Source: a bacterium (GTDB lineage: Bacteria; Patescibacteriota; Minisyncoccia; UBA6257; UBA9933). From it: a stretch of 55,755 bases of DNA. This document shows, piece by piece, positions 54,154 through 55,755 of this stretch; the stretch's first letter is position 1, and every line of letters begins with the position of its first letter. The DNA lies in assembly GCA_021796335.1 (NCBI GenBank), contig JAJYHZ010000001.1, positions 1 to 55,755 of the forward strand, given 5' to 3'. The position numbers were made by a program, and so were the translations under genes. A model generated the notes under the pieces. That model worked only from the letters and a program-made list of their open reading frames with translations. It was not told the DNA's origin and did no database searches.

Positions 54154-55755
54154 ATGAAAAAACACTTTTTTCTATTAATTTTTTTTGCAGGTATTTTCAT
54201 TTTGATTCCGAGCGCAAAAGCCGCCACCAATGTTTATTACTCCGTAGGCCAGGCCACAACAACTCTTCAAACGGGTTCTCCGACCCTATCGATTTCAAAC
54301 GGAACGGGCACGTTCTCCACGGCCCAAACGGGAAATATAGGCGTGGGAGACGAAGTTACTTATAACACAAATTCCATAGCTTTTATTTCGGGTAAAATTT
54401 CCCAAACTCAATGGACTCTAATTACCGCTGTCGGAGCGACACCAGCCGATATCACAAACGCTTCCGTCAATTCGATCACCAGGGCGTTTACCTCGTTATA
54501 TGCCGCTTTAAGCAATGGCGTGTCCGGCAACGCCACCAGCGCCAATTTTCTTAATACTTCCGATTTGGTTTCCGGGAATTTTGTTTTAAATATCCCTTGC
54601 TATTATGATTCCGGACCGGATGCGTCAGCGCTTGTAAATATTAGTAATTACACAACCGGACCGAATAATTATATTAAAATTTATACGCCAACCAGCACTT
54701 CAACCGAAGCCAACAATAGCCAAAGGCATAATGGCAAGTGGGATCCTGCAAAATATAACATGCAGTATACTTTTGCGAACGCAAGCAGCACGAATTATTT
54801 TATAAATATTAGCGTTCCTTATATTAAAATCGAAGGGCTCCAATTTTATGGTCTGTCGTCGACACAAATCTCAACTCTTCCTTATCAGCCTCATTTTATT
54901 AATATTGGCAGTCCGGTTACCGGAGATCTGTATATATCTTCAAATATTATCAAAGCTTCTTTATCTAACGGCGCTACGGCTATCGCCATAATGAACGCTC
55001 CTATCACTAATTTAAACGAATACATTTATAATAATATCATTTATAATTTTATTGACAGTACTATGGGCACAGGAATTACAGCAAAGACCGCTGCTTCCTC
55101 CACGATTTACATATATAATAATACTATTTTTAACAATTATATCGGTATAACAGCCAATTCCAATGGAAATATTTTAATAAAAAATAACATCGCCAATGGA
55201 AATACCACAGACTACAGTAACATCCCTTATTTTAGTAGTTCTTCTGTTAACAATATTTCTCAAGACGGCACTTCCCCCAACACATCTTTTCAATATAAAA
55301 CTGTTTCTTTCGTTTCTACTTCCACGGAAGATTTTCATCTTTCTTCTTCAGACACGGCCGCGATAGACCAAGGGGTGGATTTATCCGCCGATCCTTATCT
55401 GCCCTTTAATACTGATATAGATGGAGATACCCGTCCTCAAGGTTCCGCCTGGGATATTGGCGCGGATGAATATGTAACGCTTCCCGATACCACGCCTCCT
55501 GCCATCGCTTCTTTTTCCATGCCCGCAACAGCGGCTTCCACCACTGTCAGCGTTTCTTCCTTTACCGCCACTGACAATGTTGGCGTCACCGGCTATCTCA
55601 TCAACGAATCTTCTTCCACGCCTTCATTATCAGATCCCAACTGGTCAGGATCTGCTCCCGCTACCTATACTTTTTCCGGAAGCGGAAGCAGAACCGCCTA
55701 TGCCTGGGCCAAGGACGGAGCGGGGAATATTTCAAGTAGCGCCAGCGCAACTGTG
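54154..55755 (+). CDS. 3'-partial large secreted beta-helix/adhesin-like protein (not in ORF track, runs off the window)
   Basis: MKKHFFLLIFFAGIFILIPSAKA|ATNVYYSVGQ; open to the window end at every stretch I translated; SQRHNGKW, IYNNTIF, DIDGDTRPQGSAWDIGADEY, DTTPPAIASF. Confidence 0.88.
   Translation, partial: MKKHFFLLIFFAGIFILIPSAKAATNVYYSVGQATTTLQTGSPTLSISNGTGTFSTAQTGNIGVGDEVTYNTNSIAFISGKISQTQWTLITAVGATPADITNASVNSITRAFTSLYAALSNGVSGNATSANFLNTSDLVSGNFVLNIPCYYDSGPDASALVNISNYTTGPNNYIKIYTPTSTSTEANNSQRHNGKWDPAKYNMQYTFANASSTNYFINISVPYIKIEGLQFYGLSSTQISTLPYQPHFINIGSPVTGDLYISSNIIKASLSNGATAIAIMNAPITNLNEYIYNNIIYNFIDSTMGTGITAKTAASSTIYIYNNTIFNNYIGITANSNGNILIKNNIANGNTTDYSNIPYFSSSSVNNISQDGTSPNTSFQYKTVSFVSTSTEDFHLSSSDTAAIDQGVDLSADPYLPFNTDIDGDTRPQGSAWDIGADEYVTLPDTTPPAIASFSMPATAASTTVSVSSFTATDNVGVTGYLINESSSTPSLSDPNWSGSAPATYTFSGSGSRTAYAWAKDGAGNISSSASATV

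Overview
This is a 55.8 kb chromosomal window from a reduced-genome bacterium, most likely Patescibacteria/CPR (Parcubacteria-like; inferred from gene families, not from a search), using standard genetic code 11. The backbone is housekeeping: leuS, htrA, ftsQ-like, scpA/scpB, mraY, gyrB, secE-nusG-rplK (no rplA follows), mreB, secD/secF, efp, mnmA, tyrS, tRNA-Gly(CCC) and tRNA-Ala(CGC). Three accessory blocks stand out. (1) 13.1-23.0 kb, between tRNA-Gly and gyrB: a cysteine-synthase-like enzyme, a CofE-like ligase, panD, three single-domain response regulators, two PlsC-like acyltransferases, a HAD phosphatase and a 7TM-GAF histidine kinase. It also holds a 40-aa Trp-rich peptide gene missing from the ORF track that looks like a cyclophane RiPP precursor, next to a chimeric M16-peptidase/SPASM-like gene remnant. 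(2) 46.3-48.3 kb: a tRNA-Ala-linked islet with a 5'-truncated HNH nuclease and a HEPN-like protein. (3) 48.5-55.8 kb: a surface-protein locus. Two secreted passengers end in an identical tail (DTTPPAAPTGLKV) that resembles fibronectin-III strand A, and the next two genes encode anchored FN3 domains that appear to lack that strand. My best candidate for an undescribed system is therefore a split-FN3 tag/catcher surface-display mechanism working by donor-strand complementation. Degenerate 7-bp tandem repeats and near-loopless palindromes recur between genes and in-frame within them. All domain calls come from motif recognition by eye; no searches were run.
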